From positions 20,453 through 84,452 of the forward strand of contig CBDBIG010000003.1 in NCBI GenBank assembly GCA_965205845.1: 64,000 nucleotides of DNA. Reading direction: 5' to 3'. The notes under the pieces are model-generated. The model saw nothing but the letters and a program-made list of their open reading frames with translations. It was not told the origin of the DNA and made no database searches. Source of the DNA: a bacterium. Lineage in GTDB: Bacteria; SAR324; JACQKK01. The position numbers and the translations under genes were made by a program. This document shows positions 29,957 through 40,814 of this stretch, piece after piece (the stretch's first letter is position 1; the number at the start of each line of letters is the position of its first letter).

Positions 29957-30242
29957 TTCGCGCTTTCTTTTGGCGTGTCGCTCTCCAGTTGGCAATATAG
30001 CTAAGGGTGCTGACGAACACGATGGACTAAAGCGATGGCTGGGCTGTCTCCATCCGTGAACGGCGGTGGTTAGAGGGCACCTTTGCGGCTACGCTTGCTT
30101 AGTGGAAAACACCCTTCGCTCCACCCAAGGTAAATCCAAGGGCTGAGACCTCCTTTATCCATCCCCATTGACCAATGCCCTGGGTTGCCAAGGCGCACTG
30201 CGCCATCGCACCCTTATCCGAAGATGCGCTATAGCAGCATCT

Positions 30243-30328
30243 TGAGTAGGAAATTGCCGCATAATCGTGATATCACTCGTTTTGAGTAGGAAATTGCCGC
30301 ATAATCATGATATCATTCGCTCCGTATC
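30243..30328. repeat. 43-bp x2 tandem repeat (ttgagtaggaaattgccgcataatc[g/a]tgatatca)
   Basis: Direct reading; intergenic. Confidence 0.85.
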
Positions 30329-30353
30329 CCCGGAGCTTAAAGGTCGCCCTAAT

Positions 30354-30405
30354 AGTAACTGCAAACCAGGATCCCACAAGGGTCATCTCCAAGCCCTACT
30401 AAGGT
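30354..30405. repeat. dispersed ~52-bp element (gtaactgcaaaccag-atcccacaagggtcatctccaagccctactaaggtg); the second copy is at 57097-57150
   Basis: Two near-identical copies 27 kb apart, both intergenic. Confidence 0.8.
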
Positions 30406-30463
30406 GGAGCGTTGCGGTTCCTTTTTTTAAAAACAGCCTCTATTTTTAGATGACACGCTTTTT

Positions 30464-31279
30464 TTGCTGCGTTTATCGGGAGAATTGAAATTGATGTGCC
30501 CACGTGCTTTCTACGCTGATTTTTTAGGTGCAGGACTGTTATTTTTTGGCCTGCTTTCGACCCCTAGCATTGGCTTGGCCGATGCCAAAGGGCGTAGCGT
30601 CATGTTGCAAGTGTATCAAGAATCGCGCAAACACAGCACCCAGGAGTCGAATGTGTTGTTGCGCATTTTAGACCAAGAAAAACGCGAGCGTGTACGCAGC
30701 TTTACCAGCCGCCGCTTGCTTGAGAGCCCCGAAAGAAGCAAAAGTTTGATTAAGTTTTATCGCCCGCCTAACGTCAGCGGAACCTCGCTTTTAACCCACA
30801 CCGACGATGCACAAAACACCACCGAACAGTGGATTTATTTTCCAGCCCTGCGCAACGTGCGCCAGTTGGATACCGAAGGGCGCAACGAGAGTTTTATGGG
30901 CTCTGATTTTACCTACGCCGATGTGGCAGGACGACAGATTGACCAAGACGAACACACCTTGCTCAACGAGACTAAAACCCGCTGGATCATTCAGAGCATT
31001 CCAAAGGATAAAACGCAAGCCTATTCCAAACTCATTTTGCTCGTCGATAAAAAATCGAAAGTACCTTTGCGCGTGGTGTTTTATGATCGCAAAGGCAAAA
31101 AGCTTAAAACCTTAAGCAACACCAAAATTAGCATTGTCAAGGGCATGCACCTTGCCACCAATAGCGTGATGTTAAACCATCGCAGCAAGGGCAGGTCCTT
31201 GCTGGTGGTAAACGAGGTTAAAGTGGGGGTTAACATTAGCCAAAACGATGTGGGGATCATTGCCCTTAAAAGCAATTAA
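30464..31279 (+). CDS. LolA-like outer-membrane lipoprotein-sorting-family protein (DUF1329-type)
   Basis: EQWIYFPALRNVRQL...SDFTYADV-type motifs. Clustered with an MMPL transporter. Confidence 0.5.
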   Translation: MLRLSGELKLMCPRAFYADFLGAGLLFFGLLSTPSIGLADAKGRSVMLQVYQESRKHSTQESNVLLRILDQEKRERVRSFTSRRLLESPERSKSLIKFYRPPNVSGTSLLTHTDDAQNTTEQWIYFPALRNVRQLDTEGRNESFMGSDFTYADVAGRQIDQDEHTLLNETKTRWIIQSIPKDKTQAYSKLILLVDKKSKVPLRVVFYDRKGKKLKTLSNTKISIVKGMHLATNSVMLNHRSKGRSLLVVNEVKVGVNISQNDVGIIALKSN

Positions 31280-31435
31280 CCCACAGCAAAAGACTGATTG
31301 CGCTGGGTGCTGTCACGGCTGCCCGTGTGCGTATCCATGCTAAGAGCCGTTAATAATGAAGAGATTTACAAGATTCCTGTTTTTAGCCCCTAACCCTAAA
31401 CATTGTTTTGATATGTAAAGGGGATACATAAACCC

Positions 31436-33073
31436 ATGTGTACTTCTTTTGCTGCGTGGTTGAGACAAAAATGCAAAGCCATACTGGTTTTTAGTGTGTG
31501 CGCAGCGCACATGTTGGCATTTTATGCGCCTACATCCCCGGGGCAAACCACGACCCCTGAGGATGTGAACGCGCTTTTAGACGATCTAGGCGATCTTGAA
31601 CAAGAGGTCTTCATTGCCCCCCCCCAAAAAACGGAACGCTCCTTTAGCGACATCGTATTTGAGGATTTTTCAGGGCAACTTGGCTTCAGCCGTGTTGCGG
31701 GGGACATTCAACGCGAAAGCCAGTTTTTTGACCTGAACTACAATGTAGGCCCTGAATGGCTCCGCCTGGGGTTACGGGGCCGAGTCAGTAAAACCAGCAT
31801 CACCTACACCCTTAAACTCCGCAATACTTTGGGGGGCATCCATCAAACGGAGCCCTTCACCCTTTCAAATACCCTCACCGATTCCCAATCGGAGTTTGCG
31901 GAAGCCTACTTGCAATCGCGCCTGGGACCCTTATTGTTGCGTGTGGGGAAGCAAACCATTGTCCTGGGGCAGTTTGACCTGTTCTCCCCAATTGACTTTG
32001 CACTCCCCTTGCGTTCGGGTGCCTCAGGAGGGGGGAATTTGAGCAAGGTCGACAACCGCCTTCCGCAAAACGCTGCCAGTCTAGCGTGGTTTGTGTTGCC
32101 CTGGATGGAGCTCCAATACCATTACTTCCCCAAACTGGAGGTTGATCCCTTTTTGGAGCAGATTTTTTTGAGCCAAAAAACCCAATTGAGCTACACATCA
32201 GCCTCGACGTCCCCAACAGGGTTCGAGGCAAAACAAACCGACATCCGTATCCAAAAACCCAGCCCAGAAAAAGAGCAGCAAACCGTATCGCGCCTTTTGT
32301 TTTACCCTTCGTGGGGGGTCTTTGGTTTTACCTACTACAAGGGGTACGATACCAATGATGTTAAGAACGTGGGCACCTTAAACAGGTTATCAAATGGCAC
32401 GGATTATGTCGATTTCCACGAAATACACCCTCAAGTTGTTGCGCGGGAAACCCGCGGGTTTGAAATGGCTGTGCGCTCAGGCAAATGGACATGGAAACTG
32501 GAGGTGACACGTTCCCCTAGCCTTCAAGACATCGGTGGTTTTTTTGACCGCCAATACTCAGTGGTGGCCTCTGATCCCCGTCGGGATGAATTTCTCGATT
32601 GGGTACGCACACAAAATGACAACAAACTCTACCTTGAAGTCGAGGAAACCCTTGGGGCCTTTGGTGTTGATGCAGAACCAGGACGCTGGAGAATTAACCT
32701 AGCAATCTATGCGTTTAGTGAAAAATACGCGCCAGGACAAGAACGTGGACGAGAACTGGATGACGCTGTATTCGGTGAGCAATCAACCACGGGTTCCGTT
32801 GTTGTGTTCCCGAGTTTAAACGTTTCGCGCTACGTAGGGAAAGACCAAGAGGCCTTTTGGGGTGTTGCCCTCGGTATTGTGAATGCGGGGCAAGGGGGTA
32901 TTGTTTACTTTAACCAGCTGGTTTTTGATGGCCGATTGCGCTGGGGTGTTGCCCTGGAAGTTGTCGAATATTTTAACGACTTTGCCCTTGATGAAGCCGC
33001 GCCCAGCAATAACTATGAACGCGAAACAGAGACCGCAGTGGGCTTGCGCTATGGCATGGCATACCTGTTTTAA
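31436..33073 (+). CDS. DUF1302-like outer-membrane protein (putative)
   Basis: Signal peptide, beta-rich 545 aa. Position in the LolA-like/MMPL cluster. Confidence 0.4.
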   Translation: MCTSFAAWLRQKCKAILVFSVCAAHMLAFYAPTSPGQTTTPEDVNALLDDLGDLEQEVFIAPPQKTERSFSDIVFEDFSGQLGFSRVAGDIQRESQFFDLNYNVGPEWLRLGLRGRVSKTSITYTLKLRNTLGGIHQTEPFTLSNTLTDSQSEFAEAYLQSRLGPLLLRVGKQTIVLGQFDLFSPIDFALPLRSGASGGGNLSKVDNRLPQNAASLAWFVLPWMELQYHYFPKLEVDPFLEQIFLSQKTQLSYTSASTSPTGFEAKQTDIRIQKPSPEKEQQTVSRLLFYPSWGVFGFTYYKGYDTNDVKNVGTLNRLSNGTDYVDFHEIHPQVVARETRGFEMAVRSGKWTWKLEVTRSPSLQDIGGFFDRQYSVVASDPRRDEFLDWVRTQNDNKLYLEVEETLGAFGVDAEPGRWRINLAIYAFSEKYAPGQERGRELDDAVFGEQSTTGSVVVFPSLNVSRYVGKDQEAFWGVALGIVNAGQGGIVYFNQLVFDGRLRWGVALEVVEYFNDFALDEAAPSNNYERETETAVGLRYGMAYLF

Positions 33074-33168
33074 AACGAAACACGTTTTGTGATAAGCCCC
33101 TTTTTATGATGCCCTGTGCCGAGCACAGCATCTCCATTATCCGCTCGAGGTTCAAGCATAAACACCCC

Positions 33169-35445
33169 ATGTCACGCGTGTTTCTTTTTGTTTTTTACAC
33201 TGCCATTGCAGCCTCCCTTGCTTGGCAGGCCACCAAAACTACGTTTAACAACGATGATTGGTTACCACCTCACCACCCCATTCAAAAAACGAAGGATTAT
33301 TTAGAGAAAGAGTTTGCCCCAGGGCAGGATCTATCGGTAATGATTACCCTTCCCCGAGGCTTAAGTTTGTTTGATAACAGCGTGTTGCATCACCTTGGGA
33401 GCATTGATGAACGTATTAAAGACCTTGACGGTGTGCAAGAGGTGCGCAGCCCTCTTGAAGCCACCACCATCTTGCGTACAGGCGAGACACTGCAAAACGA
33501 AACCTTTGCAGAGGCTCTTAAAAAAGGGCACTTTAAGAATATTGCAGCCTACCGTAAAGAATTCGCAGCCAGCGTTTATCATGGGCGTTTGGCATCCAAA
33601 AATTACCAGCACATTCTCATCAACATTACCTTAAAACCTGTTGAACAAAACAAAATTTTTGCTTTGCGCGGCCGTGTCATTGAAGCGGTGCGAGGCATTA
33701 TGCAAAGCAATGGGTTTTTTAAACAATGGCAGTTTACGGGTGAAGGCTGGTTGTTTCAGCAATTGGACGAAGGGAGCCGCGACAATCTCCGCTTGTTTGT
33801 GCCTTTGGGGGCGGTCGTGGCGGTGCTATTTTTGTTGTTGATCATGAACAGCTTTCCCAAAGCCAGTTTGGTGCTGTTTAGCACCTTTATTTCCATGTTC
33901 AGTGCCCTTGCACTGATGGTGTGGCAAGGTCACCACCTAACCTTGGTGGGGGTGACCTTGCCATTGTTCATGATGGCCATTGCTTTGGCTGACTCGATAC
34001 ACATTATCAACCGCTGGGACCTGGCCTTGCAACAAGGTCTTTGCGCCTCGGACGCCATCAAATACACCATGCGGCACACCTGGTTACCTTGTCTGATGAC
34101 CTCCGTCACCACCGCCGTTGGCTTTGGATCTTTTGGACTGAGCGAACTTATTCCGCTAAGCCAAATGGGGCAAAGTGCTTTTGGAGCGATTATTGCCTCA
34201 TATTTAATTGTAATTGGCTGCAACTGGCTGGGCTTGTGGGTCCTCAAACCGATGCCCAGTCAAGGGTGGCAGCCCATTGAAAACGTGCATAAATGGGCCT
34301 CCAAGACCTGCCACACACTAAGCATGCAGCATCCGGGCAAGGTGATGCTGGGATTTGGATTGATAGGCCTGGTTGCCCTTGGGGCTCTTGTTACCCGCAT
34401 TCACTTTGAAACCAATTTTTTGGATGTCTTTTTTTTAAAAAACAGCCCCACCTACCAAGGTTTTTCCGAGGTAGATCGGCATTTGGGTGGATCGGGTTCG
34501 CTCGACCTTATTTTTAAAGACCCTCAGCGCGATGCCTATAAAAACCCCAAAGTTTTGCACGCTTTAAGCGTGCTCCAAACCGAGTTGCTTCAAGATGACG
34601 AGGTTTATCACGCCATTTCCTATCGCGAGCCCGTACACCTAGCGTTTCGCCGTTTTACCAGCGATGATGCCAGCCTGCCCAATAACCTCCCTGCATTAGC
34701 GCAAACCCTGCTCTTTTTGGAATTTTCTCGCGGCGCACAGAGCAAAGATGTGCTCTCACCATATGTTGATTTTTACTACCAAAATGCGCGCTTGCATTTG
34801 CAAACCCCAAACCTCAATTCAACAGCCACGGGTAACATTATCGAGCGCATTCAAGCGGTGTTGCAACGTCAAGGGCATCCGCAACCTTTGTGGGCGGGTT
34901 TGAATGCCTATTTTCACGCCATGAGCAGCGTGGTGTTGCACTCACAAGTACAAAGCACCTCGATTACCCTCGGGGTGATTGGCGTGCTGTTTTTATGTGT
35001 TTTTGGGTTTAGGCTAGGGGTGTTGGGCTGGCTTTCTAACGTGTATATTGCCTTGCTCACGGGGGGGGTTATCAGCCTGCTTAACATCCCTTTCGATTTT
35101 GCGAGCGTGCTTATTATTGCCGTTACCTTTGGCATTGTGGTCGACGACACCATTCACTTTGTACATGCCTTTCACGGTGCTAGCCAAAGCAGCCCTAATG
35201 CCAACGTGGTGGTGTGGTCGAGGCAGGCCCTTAACGCCCTTTCAAGGCCTTTGGTGTACACCACCCTTATTTTCTTCTTGGCCTTTGCCGTCCAATTGGT
35301 ATCAGACTTTGTGGTGCTGTTAAAGTTAGGATCTTTTTCGATTTTCGCTATTTTTTCTGCCCTTGTAACCGACCTGCTATTGGTGCCAGCCTCGTTTCGC
35401 TTATGGGAGAATGTACACGATTCGCGTAAAAAAGCCCACGCTTAA
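33169..35445 (+). CDS. RND-superfamily exporter, MMPL/HpnN-like
   Basis: 12-TM topology with two large periplasmic loops. 779 aa (start taken at MSRVFLF; the ORF track starts at 33106). Confidence 0.65.
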   Translation: MSRVFLFVFYTAIAASLAWQATKTTFNNDDWLPPHHPIQKTKDYLEKEFAPGQDLSVMITLPRGLSLFDNSVLHHLGSIDERIKDLDGVQEVRSPLEATTILRTGETLQNETFAEALKKGHFKNIAAYRKEFAASVYHGRLASKNYQHILINITLKPVEQNKIFALRGRVIEAVRGIMQSNGFFKQWQFTGEGWLFQQLDEGSRDNLRLFVPLGAVVAVLFLLLIMNSFPKASLVLFSTFISMFSALALMVWQGHHLTLVGVTLPLFMMAIALADSIHIINRWDLALQQGLCASDAIKYTMRHTWLPCLMTSVTTAVGFGSFGLSELIPLSQMGQSAFGAIIASYLIVIGCNWLGLWVLKPMPSQGWQPIENVHKWASKTCHTLSMQHPGKVMLGFGLIGLVALGALVTRIHFETNFLDVFFLKNSPTYQGFSEVDRHLGGSGSLDLIFKDPQRDAYKNPKVLHALSVLQTELLQDDEVYHAISYREPVHLAFRRFTSDDASLPNNLPALAQTLLFLEFSRGAQSKDVLSPYVDFYYQNARLHLQTPNLNSTATGNIIERIQAVLQRQGHPQPLWAGLNAYFHAMSSVVLHSQVQSTSITLGVIGVLFLCVFGFRLGVLGWLSNVYIALLTGGVISLLNIPFDFASVLIIAVTFGIVVDDTIHFVHAFHGASQSSPNANVVVWSRQALNALSRPLVYTTLIFFLAFAVQLVSDFVVLLKLGSFSIFAIFSALVTDLLLVPASFRLWENVHDSRKKAHA

Positions 35446-35470
35446 AACAACCCCCGTGAGGCAACCCTTT

Positions 35471-36451
35471 CTAAAAAGCCTTGATAAACGCTTGGATAAA
35501 CGCCTGTAATTGGGTGGGAGGTAACTGGGCAATCCCTGCTGCGCCTGCCCGTCCACCACCGCTGGGAAACGCCGCCGCGAGGGTGTTGGCTCCATAGGGG
35601 TTTTGTAGTGGCGCACGCACGCTAAAGCGCCAACTACCATCGCGATTTGGCACGCCCAAGGCAATCGCCTTGTGTGGCATGGCTTGGGCTTGTTGGTTTG
35701 CAAACACCCCCATTACCCGCCGCGCCCAGGGTTTTGCGGGCAGCAACCACGTGATGGCACGGTGATCACCCGTGTTGTCTGCCCACAATACGGGTTTTGT
35801 TGCATTGGCCAGGGCGAGGTCTTTGGACAAGCCTGTACGTAGGGTGTGAAGCATTTGGCTGTTGGTAGGGTTGGCTATAAAGTCAAAAGGGCTGGCATAA
35901 GGACGAAGCATGCGTGCCAAACGGGCGGGATGAAAAAACAAATCCTCTAAATTTTCACCATAGCCATTGTAATTGAGTAATTGACCAAGTTCTTGTAGGC
36001 TGTTGTTTTGTGTAGCGTTGAGGCTAAAATGGCTTAGCACCCCCTTGGCAGAAGCAGGCATGTTGTCTCCAAAAGCACCCACCGCAGCCCATAGCCCATA
36101 AGTTCCTTGCAACTGTGCATTCACAAGCAAACTGGTACAAACGTGGGGGTCAAAGTGAATGCGGGTGGTAAGATTAGGGTGCTGAGGCAACTGGGTGGCT
36201 TGGTGGTGGTCGCTGTAAAAAATGCGCACACCTTGAGCAAGCAAACGGGTGACCGCCTGGGCATTGGCATCAAAAGAAATATCCAATACATTGAGGATGG
36301 TATTGGTGGGTAGCACGAGCCCGTGCAATAGGTTGATGTGGCGTTTAACCCCAGTGACCAAAAGGCTCGGTTGGGGGTCGTGCAAGTGCAACTGCTGCAG
36401 GGCGCACAGGCCATCGGCATCGCCATTAAACACATCCACTTGCATAGGCAT
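35471..36451 (-). CDS. DHH-family phosphoesterase (NrnA-like)
   Basis: FNGDADGLCA (motif I) and YSDHH (DHH motif). Confidence 0.6.
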   Translation of the reverse strand: MPMQVDVFNGDADGLCALQQLHLHDPQPSLLVTGVKRHINLLHGLVLPTNTILNVLDISFDANAQAVTRLLAQGVRIFYSDHHQATQLPQHPNLTTRIHFDPHVCTSLLVNAQLQGTYGLWAAVGAFGDNMPASAKGVLSHFSLNATQNNSLQELGQLLNYNGYGENLEDLFFHPARLARMLRPYASPFDFIANPTNSQMLHTLRTGLSKDLALANATKPVLWADNTGDHRAITWLLPAKPWARRVMGVFANQQAQAMPHKAIALGVPNRDGSWRFSVRAPLQNPYGANTLAAAFPSGGGRAGAAGIAQLPPTQLQAFIQAFIKAF

Positions 36452-36526
36452 TCAATTTTGCGTCAACTCCCATCCAAACGAGGCTTGCAAAAGGACTAAC
36501 GTGAAAAGAACGCGTGTGCCCAATAT

Positions 36527-36843
36527 AAAGGCCCTCATTCTATCATGGCTATTTAGCGGAAAAAAGGGGGAAGCAAGATTGAATCAACGCTATAGCCGAT
36601 ACCATCCGTGCGTGCAAACGTGCAAAACCATTTTGCACAATACGAGCCATTTGGATCAAACCATCCGTGCAGCCCAACGCCATGAACTTAAAGGGCCCCA
36701 TTCGATCACGGCTATTTGCAGAAAAAAGGGGGAAACAAAATTGAATCAACGCTATGTCGATACCGTACGTGCGTGCAAAACCATTTTACACAATACGAGC
36801 CATTTGGATCAAACCATCAGTGCAGCCCAACGCCATGAACTTA
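36527..36843. repeat. ~155-bp x2 tandem repeat in a divergent intergenic region
   Basis: 36527-36690 and 36691-36843. Confidence 0.85.
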
Positions 36844-37067
36844 ACCGACTGTTTGCCGCTTTGCAGCAAGATGTCGCACGATTTTTAACGGCCGAGGAAG
36901 ATATGGGCCTTTGGGTGGGAGAAGAACTCTCGCAGTCGTAAAGGGTCGTTTTTGTACCCAATTTGCCGAGGGCAGAGAACTGCCAAGCAAATGTGGTGCC
37001 TTCCTTAAAGCATCCACAAAACCCCGTTTGTTCAAAAAAACCCTAGCCAAAATGCCGCGTAAAAACC

Positions 37068-40000
37068 ATGTTATTCTCACTTGAACGCCTGTTAGTATTG
37101 TGTGTGATGGGCATGTGGCTGACGCTGAGCGCATTGAGGGCGAACACGGCCTTTGCCCAAGCCTCCATTCCCCAACCAAACCCGGTGCCTGCCCTTTCAA
37201 CAAAAGACCGAGCGCGTATCGCACAGATGGTGCGTTTGCGTGAACACTTATCTGTGCAAGCAAACAACTTGCTCCAAGAGGCTTTGCAAGAACACAGTGA
37301 AGAAATACCCCAGACCCCAGGCCAACAGGGCGTCCCACAGCGCATCGAGGCAGCGGTGCTATTGGCGTGGAATTTGTACGCCAAAGGGGAAGTCGAACTG
37401 GCATTGAACACGCTCGAAGAAACCCTTGCACTACATGCCTATGACCCTTTAGCACCCTTTGTTGCCCTACAAACATGGCCCTTGTGGCAAGCCAGCCAGC
37501 ACCAAAACCGTGGCATAGAATGGACAGAATGGATCTCAGCCAATTACCCCCAAACACCCTACCTTGGGGCCTTGTACACCTGGGTAGCAAAAACGCTATT
37601 AAGCCAGCAGCGCACTACAGCAGCCCAACAAATCATCCAAAAAGCGTTGGTTTTGCAGGATCTCCATGCTGATACCAGCGCGCATTTGCAGCTCTTGCAT
37701 GCCATTGTTCTGGCAATGCAAGGGCAAAACGGCTGGCAGGCATTATTACAGGGTTTGTTAGCCAAAGTTCCTTGGCCCGAAAAAGAACGCGCATTGTGGC
37801 TGGTAGCCTGGCAGGAACGCAGCCGCCTTGGGCACAATGCCATGCTTCAAGCGTTGCGTCAGCGCGTGGAGCAATTGCCCACCAACACGACCCAGGGAAG
37901 CGAACATCGTGCAGCACTAAGCCACTTTATTGAGGCACGGTTTGCAGCATGGCAAACTCCCAAAGCCTTACAACGTGCTATTTTATACCAGCAGTCGTAC
38001 GCTGCCAGTGCAGCCCCTCCCCATGCGCGTGCATTAAGTGCACTTCGCCAGGCCGATTTACTCATTTTGGCCAAAAAACCCAAACGAGCACGCCAAGCTT
38101 TGCAAGCAGCCATTCAGCACCAACCCAATTTGCATAAAACCCCCGCAGCAGTACGCGTGCAAGCCCTTATTTTGGCAACACAAGGCCAATTAAGCGAGGC
38201 CATTTTGCTCTTACAAGGTGCTATTGTTGCCCCCAGTTATTCCCGTGCCAAGGGGGATAATTCTATTTTTTGGACCCCGCAAACCCTTGGGCACGCTGCA
38301 CTTTTTGAGCAAGATACCTTGCGCTTACGCCAAGAGATGGCAAACTTGCTACGCCGCCAAGGGCAATGTACAAAAGCGTTGGCCGTGTTAGGCAGCCAAA
38401 CGGCAAAACAGCCTGCCTTAAGAAATCACCCCAAAGCCGAGGCCGATGTGCGCGAATTGGCCGCTTGGAATGAGGTTTTATGCTTGAGCCAAGCCAAGCA
38501 TTGGCAAAAAGCAGCGCAAATTTTGACTCCCCTCATTGAGCATTCCCCGCTGGGAGCCGATGCGACCTATTTGGCTTTAAATATTCAATGGCAAGCAGGG
38601 CATTTGAAGCCCATGCAAACCTTGTTACAAAAATTGCTGGCTCAAAAAACCCTCGCCTACAACGGGGCCGTTGCCTCTTGGCAAGGGGTGATCGCAGCCC
38701 AGCAACAAAGATACCCGCAAGCCTTGTCTCATTTGAATCATGCGTTGACACATACACCCAAAAATTGGGGCGGGCATGCTGCTGTGCAATATTATATTGG
38801 CATGATGCAGCGGGAGTTGGGGCAAGTGCAAAAAGCCGAGCAGCATTTTTTGGTGGCCGTGGAAGCCTTGCCATTGAAGACAAGCGCTGCTTTGCCAAGC
38901 AATACCCTTGCACCATGGACACCTACAGCGGAAGAAAACCAACACGCAAAGCAAAGTGCCTTAAAAGTACTCATCGCAAGATTCCTCGAACAAAACAACA
39001 CCCCCCAAGCACTGGCATTGCTTCAACGACAAATCAACCGTTGGCATGGGCCTCTTCAGCAGCAGTTGCTATTGCATTTGCGCCAGCAAGTCTACCTGAG
39101 CATGCTCAAGGTGGCCAGCAAACAGACCAAGCCTAAAAAAACCTTGCTGCGTAGCTTGCGCACCAAGGCAAAAAACGATGGCATATTATCTCAGCGCATG
39201 CAGCAATTGGATAAGGCCCTAAGACCTTTGGAGGCGCTCATTTTACCATGGTCTCCCAAAACGCAGCGTGCTGTTGCAGAGCAAGCTTTACAACGTTGGC
39301 AAAAGATACAACAAAGCCAAGGTCTCACCTTGGGCAAGAAGCGTGGCAAGCGCAAAACAAAGTGGTTTCAAACCATGCAAACCGCTTTGCGCACGGCAGC
39401 ATCAACCCGCTTGGGCGAAAAATTGCAACAAATTCCCCTCGAAAGCATTGGCGAGGCCACCCCCGCTTTGCTTGGTTTGCACCGTCAGGCCTTAGGGTAT
39501 CTTGCGATAGATCAGCAAACACTGCGCCACCAACTTACCCTTCGCATGCAGCAATGGCTTCGAACATCTCCCGATGCCAATCAAGAATTGGCACAGTTGT
39601 GGCACAAAATACAGCCCGATGCTTTTGCCCCCCAGCAAGCCGTTGCCATTCGTCAACATCAAGCCACAGCGCAACTACAGTGGGGTAAAAGCCTTGCACA
39701 GCATGCTGCAAAAAAGCAGCAATTGGCACAAAAAGCCACACGCAAGCACAAGAAGCGTTACCAAAAACAAGCGCATGCGTTGGCCCTAAAAGCTGCCAAA
39801 GCCTATGTGCAAGGGTTTGATTCGTTGTTTTTGAACCCTGAAAACCCCAGTAAAACCGCGCATGTCAACCCAACCCTTTTTGCTTTGGCGCAACAGCTGG
39901 GCAGCCAACTCATTGCCCTACCCCCACAACAAGCCTCATTGATGTATGCTGCCAGGTGGCAAGAAACCTTGCTCCGCCATGCTCTACCTGCTGAACAACG

Positions 40001-40814
40001 CGCACTTAAAGATCAACTTGCCTGGGTTTACCTGACATGGGCTAAAATTGCACGTATGCAAAAGCAAGCAAAACCCGCTTGTGGGCGATCAAGGTACGCC
40101 CTGGAGCGGGTGGACAAAACGCGTTGGGAGTTCCAACTGCAAGCATTGGCCGTGTGGCAATGGGGAATTGAGCAACGCTGCGCTCGCCCAAAGGTCACCA
40201 CCAAATCCGGAAAAAAGCGCACGTCTAAACGCGCAAAAAAAATACCCTCGCCCATCGTTGCGCCCAATGTAGAACAAGAAAATGCGTGGCAGAAAACCCA
40301 CTGGAATGCTCTAATTCATGGCTATCAAAATGCCTACAACCACATACCGTTGGGCTTACAATACACATTGCAACGTCGCACAGCGGCATTGACGGTAGGG
40401 CAGTTGCTGTTACAACACAGGCAGCAAGGGAAAAAAGCCCAGCCATGGCTCATTCTGGCAAGCGCAAAACACAGCGACAATATTGCCTTGCGCTCAGGAT
40501 ATTTGCAGGCAAATTGGCTAGCCAAAACTGGGCAAAACGCCAAAGCCATTGCCACCTTGCAAGCGATGATTGCACGCCCAGGGGCTAAGGAATCCATTTG
40601 GCACCTGCCCTTACAGCATCAACTAGCTCTGCTATACCACCAGCAAGAGGCGTGGAAAAAAGCCCTGAGATACTACCGTTTGGTTGCAGCCAAAAAAGGT
40701 AAAAAACCCTATGCTCCCTTTGCCACCTTCATTAAAAATGCCCAGCAACAAGCAACGCGGATTGCTTTGCATCTCAAATTTGGCGGTGGGAAAGGATCAC
40801 CCACAACCAAGTAA
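37068..40814 (+). CDS. giant (1248 aa) secreted Ala/Gln/Leu-rich TPR-like repeat protein
   Basis: N-terminal signal peptide. Long uninterrupted ORF with helical-repeat character. Confidence 0.6.
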   Translation: MLFSLERLLVLCVMGMWLTLSALRANTAFAQASIPQPNPVPALSTKDRARIAQMVRLREHLSVQANNLLQEALQEHSEEIPQTPGQQGVPQRIEAAVLLAWNLYAKGEVELALNTLEETLALHAYDPLAPFVALQTWPLWQASQHQNRGIEWTEWISANYPQTPYLGALYTWVAKTLLSQQRTTAAQQIIQKALVLQDLHADTSAHLQLLHAIVLAMQGQNGWQALLQGLLAKVPWPEKERALWLVAWQERSRLGHNAMLQALRQRVEQLPTNTTQGSEHRAALSHFIEARFAAWQTPKALQRAILYQQSYAASAAPPHARALSALRQADLLILAKKPKRARQALQAAIQHQPNLHKTPAAVRVQALILATQGQLSEAILLLQGAIVAPSYSRAKGDNSIFWTPQTLGHAALFEQDTLRLRQEMANLLRRQGQCTKALAVLGSQTAKQPALRNHPKAEADVRELAAWNEVLCLSQAKHWQKAAQILTPLIEHSPLGADATYLALNIQWQAGHLKPMQTLLQKLLAQKTLAYNGAVASWQGVIAAQQQRYPQALSHLNHALTHTPKNWGGHAAVQYYIGMMQRELGQVQKAEQHFLVAVEALPLKTSAALPSNTLAPWTPTAEENQHAKQSALKVLIARFLEQNNTPQALALLQRQINRWHGPLQQQLLLHLRQQVYLSMLKVASKQTKPKKTLLRSLRTKAKNDGILSQRMQQLDKALRPLEALILPWSPKTQRAVAEQALQRWQKIQQSQGLTLGKKRGKRKTKWFQTMQTALRTAASTRLGEKLQQIPLESIGEATPALLGLHRQALGYLAIDQQTLRHQLTLRMQQWLRTSPDANQELAQLWHKIQPDAFAPQQAVAIRQHQATAQLQWGKSLAQHAAKKQQLAQKATRKHKKRYQKQAHALALKAAKAYVQGFDSLFLNPENPSKTAHVNPTLFALAQQLGSQLIALPPQQASLMYAARWQETLLRHALPAEQRALKDQLAWVYLTWAKIARMQKQAKPACGRSRYALERVDKTRWEFQLQALAVWQWGIEQRCARPKVTTKSGKKRTSKRAKKIPSPIVAPNVEQENAWQKTHWNALIHGYQNAYNHIPLGLQYTLQRRTAALTVGQLLLQHRQQGKKAQPWLILASAKHSDNIALRSGYLQANWLAKTGQNAKAIATLQAMIARPGAKESIWHLPLQHQLALLYHQQEAWKKALRYYRLVAAKKGKKPYAPFATFIKNAQQQATRIALHLKFGGGKGSPTTK

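Noticed and set aside
36249-36941. 230-aa ORF spanning the 155-bp repeats
   Set aside because: The internal duplication mirrors the DNA repeat. There are no motifs. Probably an intergenic repeat region
37153-40597. Numerous 60-180-aa ORFs overlapping the 1248-aa gene on both strands
   Set aside because: These are shadow ORFs inside a long compositionally biased coding region
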